A model generated the notes under the pieces. It saw nothing but the letters and a program-made list of their open reading frames with translations, did no database searches and had not been told where the DNA came from. This document shows positions 60,777 through 64,000 of a stretch of DNA of 64,000 nucleotides, piece after piece (position 1 is the stretch's first letter; each line of letters opens with the position of its first letter). A program made the position numbers and the translations under genes. This stretch comes from Basidiobolus meristosporus CBS 931.73 (lineage: Eukaryota; Fungi; Basidiobolomycota), in NCBI GenBank assembly GCA_002104905.1, contig MCFE01000384.1:1-64000 (forward strand). Direction: 5' to 3'.

Positions 60777-61694
60777 GCTTTCATGTGAACCTACCTCCTA
60801 AGAAAATCCTTATCTTGTAATGTTTATCACCTGTCTCAATTACAATATCATTTTATGCTCAGAGTTGGAATGTCAGGAATATTGGACGGAAATTGGCACG
60901 CCTTTTAGCTAGATGTAGCTGAGAAATATTCTCCTGTTCGGCAACCAAGCAATATGCTGACTTCCGGGTCCATGATCATATTCAAATAGCTTTATTTTTG
61001 CTCAACCAAACCAGTTCCTAACTACATTCCGTTTCCCTTGCAGCGCCATCAGGAAAATTTTCCTGCTTTGCGGCCTTGAGATAGCACTCATAAGTTAGAT
61101 GGATATGGAACAAGGTTCACTTCCCCCTCACAGCCTGGATTACCTGTAGCGACTCTGACGAGGTGCCCAGGCACTGAAAATATACTAATCGGGAATCCTG
61201 CACGTAGATTTGGTATTTAGTTAGCGAAACCACTTATCCGGTCGATGCTGTCACTTACGAGCGTAAGGGTATGGTCTGGTTGATACACAAGTAAAGACAA
61301 AGCAAAGGCGAGTAACCAAGTAGGGCCACTGTCAAGTAAGAAAATAAGGAGATTTGAGACAGCAGGGCGAAACTGAGTATACTCACTATAGCTTATAAAT
61401 ATCTATCAAACAACTTGGGAAAACCACAGAGTTAATCCATGACAACAATATGGATTAGAACATACCTCCCCAGATATAAGGTCACTTCTTAAAACCTAAA
61501 GGCTTCTCAATAGCCGGTCTATCTACGAGTTTCGAGTGATACTCTTTTAATTGCGAAATAGAACTGTTGCTGTGCTCAAGGTTCAATCCACTACAAATCA
61601 CACAGAACGCGGAAAAAAAAGGAAGATGAGCAACTCACAAGACATATTATTTATTATATTGAAATGGGAAAAGCAAATCAACGTAGAGAATGCT

Positions 61695-62744
61695 TTAATT
61701 TTGGGAACCATAGCCACGAATACTTTCGGCAAAGCTCCATTCTGTGGGCAAAGTATAAGGCTCAGTGATTTCAACCCCTTCAGCCGTAACCTTAGCGCGT
61801 TGGAACTTGTTAAGGGAGCGGGCATCACGATAGTACAGCACGCGCATGCAATCATCAAGGATTTTGATAGCTTCCTCCTCGGTCAATGTCTCCTCATTTC
61901 CTTCGACGGCTTTACGAAGGATTGGTTGTGCTAAATAGGCGCCAAATCCAGTTGCAATGGTGCTGGATTGATAGGTTGTTCCTTGAAGGTCAACAAAGCC
62001 CAAGAATCTTCGTATGGAGTAAGTAAATTATACGTTGCAGCGAGTAGAAGCTAGTAAATACTGCACATACCCTTTTCCATCATGGAATCCACCAACGATG
62101 TAAGCATTCCAAAGAGGGTTCATCTTACTACGACGAGCATACATAACCTGACTCAGGTATTCATAAATGTGTGGTGTACCAAGAACATGACCATCATCCA
62201 TGTAATACTCCTTGATCCTATATAGTCCGAATGTCAAGCTGGTTAAAACACATCTCAAGATGATCTTGATGTTTTTAAACTGACATTAATTTTTCTAGCA
62301 GATGCTTGGTATACTGGTAATCCGAAATGTCACCACCAGCACCAAGGACGGTATAATCACCAACTGAGGAAAGACGCTCAACATCGCGGAAACGAGCCAA
62401 ACTTCCATACGATGCTATATTGTACAACTATTGGTCACCATTGCAACAAGAAGCTGAATAGGGAAGAATAAGTAACATACCAAGGCAATCGGCAGACATC
62501 ATAATTCCATCCTTATATTTAATAGCCAAGATCGAGGTACCAGTAACAATGGGCTGTCTACAAGGGAGTGGAATCTGTTAACATAGAATACTCTGTGGGC
62601 TACTGCAGATTATGCTTACTGGGTACGGGTGACGGGTCCATGTGCAGCAGTAGGGTGACTTTTATAGAGGGGATAAGAGTTGAAGTTATCGGCAGAAGCG
62701 GTATCTTGACGAGGTCTGCCCCAGTGTAAAGGAAAATGCTCCAT
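61695..62744 (-). CDS. PRE4: 20S proteasome subunit beta-7
   Basis: Propeptide MEHFPLHWGRP; TQQPIVTGTS, YGSLARFRDV, YARRSKMNPLWN, ATGFGAYLAQPILR, RVLYYRDARS. Several introns. Confidence 0.96.
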
Positions 62745-63553
62745 ATTTAGATTTGTTCGAATGTAAGATTGTGTTGAACAAAGGTCTCTCTCAGAGGTAT
62801 TAGAAGCGGTAATGGTATTTTCCTGTTGACAATTACGCAACATGGAATTTTTCAAATCTGAATATACGTCATTCCCTTGGATTTAATCAAACTCTGCAGA
62901 ACCCCATTTAATCTAAGCCGCATCGAATGTACTTTGATTTGGATTTATTCAGTGGCAACTCCGCCGTAGATTTTGCATTGAATTTGGATTTAGATGAGCA
63001 AGATCAGCCTCAACAAACGTGCTCGATATCGAGGGTTTGGAGGTAGCATTTGGGCTGAATCTGCTGCGGGAATGTAGTTCTCTTGGCAGCTTTTGATTTA
63101 TAAGAAAGCGGGAGTAAACTTATTTCCGCAGAGGTCATGCATTGCTGCATCATCATACTTGGCTGATTTACTGAAAATCACTCACGATCCACCCCAGCTC
63201 TCGTGGCTGATTCCAAATAGTTAGTTTGCTGAGAACGCAGGGGACTAGTGCTCCTATTATCAAGCTAAGAGCTATGGGTGGTACCACTTTGGATTTTCAT
63301 TCAACACCAATAATTCTTTGTATTTGTCCAACATGTGAACATATATATTAACGTATAAGATTGCATTATCTCCCAAATTAGTAAATTGTGTCCCATTATT
63401 GCTAGCAATTCAGTACTGTTTCTGTGGCCAACCAAATCAACCTTAAATAGACCTCGATGCTTCAAATGCGCTTCTCTCAACTCTAATATCTCTTTCTATC
63501 CTGCACCATGTCTTCTGGTAAGTTTGACTACGAAGCACCAGGAAAGCGCTGAA

Positions 63554-64000
63554 ATGTCTAACTCGTAACTCGTAACTCTCAGCTCTCTATCTCGCTTGTG
63601 ATATCGCAAAGGAAAAGGGTCTCCCTTTAGCCAGTAGGCTCACTACCGAGGATTTCAAGTGGACTCTGGCTTCAGGGTCAGCAACTGAGACAGTCACTTA
63701 CTACATTCACCTCAAAGATGGAGGGCTCTTGTTTGTCCAACTTGCACACTCGAATATTGGGTAACTTTTGTTTCCAGGGTATTTCTTGCTACTTCAGTGT
63801 AAACTGACCAACACGTTTGTTCAGCTTATCCCCCACAATCCAAACCTCCGCTCGATATGTCAGTGGCGATATCCACAAATTCGAAACCGCCAATCACTCC
63901 TCACGTTCCTTCAAGCTCAGTGCCGATAGACTTTCAGTGAACCTTGACGGAATGTCAATCCAGCATGGCAAGGGTAACGAGATGACGGTCGAGTTGTCAC
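63554..64000 (+). CDS. SVF1: Survival factor Svf1-like protein (5' part, runs off the window)
   Basis: Spliced frame MSNSLTTEDFKWTLASGSATETVTYY...FVQLAHSNIG/LSPTIQTSARY resembles the fungal Svf1 N-terminal domain. Confidence 0.7.

Larger units (their letters stand above)
60548..61003 (-). repeat. Right arm of ~457-bp inverted repeat
   Basis: Reverse complement of 59274-59730. Confidence 0.95.

Noticed and set aside
60898-60915. GCCTTTTAGCTAGAT resembling the 5' end of U2 snRNA; AACTTATGAGT (reverse of ~61086-61096) resembling U12; TTACCTG (61140) resembling U1
   Set aside because: Each lacks the diagnostic next element (GTAGTA, GTAAGGA, or the U1 stem-loops).
62951-62958. AGTGGCAA, PACE/Rpn4-like, upstream of PRE4
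   Set aside because: Imperfect match with no counterpart upstream of PRE10.

Overview
Gene-dense, intron-rich fungal DNA. Introns are mostly 50-100 nt GT-AG with CTAAY-like branch points. An early-diverging lineage (Zoopagomycota/Mucoromycota-like) is inferred, not proven. Positions 1-4560 are a CpG-depleted block of nested Ty1/Copia debris. It also holds a modular non-coding element with tRNA-type A/B boxes, four repeated hairpins and three AATAAA-hairpin units. About 28 protein genes follow: two orphan secreted proteins, a 7-intron GST, a sugar porter, a GH47 mannosidase, MON2, two paralogues of a fungal domain of unknown function (one with introns, one without), an LDB/MFG1-like regulator, NAPE-PLD, HMG-CoA lyase, ALG13, a convergent chitin-deacetylase pair, a quinone oxidoreductase, SSF1, RPS2, a PEX11-family gene, two orphans, a mitochondrial RCC1-like gene, a Grainyhead/CP2 factor, a SOD-fold mitoribosomal protein, MFAP1, ERV1, IPP1, SRP40, PRE10, PRE4 and SVF1 (truncated). 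The most unusual structure lies between the convergent proteasome genes PRE10 and PRE4. It is a ~457-bp, ~97% identical inverted repeat. Each arm carries a convergent tRNA-Pro(CGG)/tRNA-Arg(CCG) pair whose anticodons are mutually complementary. The ~820-bp spacer can be spliced into a cryptic 5-exon ORF, and a hammerhead-like motif lies just outside the right arm. All gene models, alignments and counts were done by eye; no searches were run.
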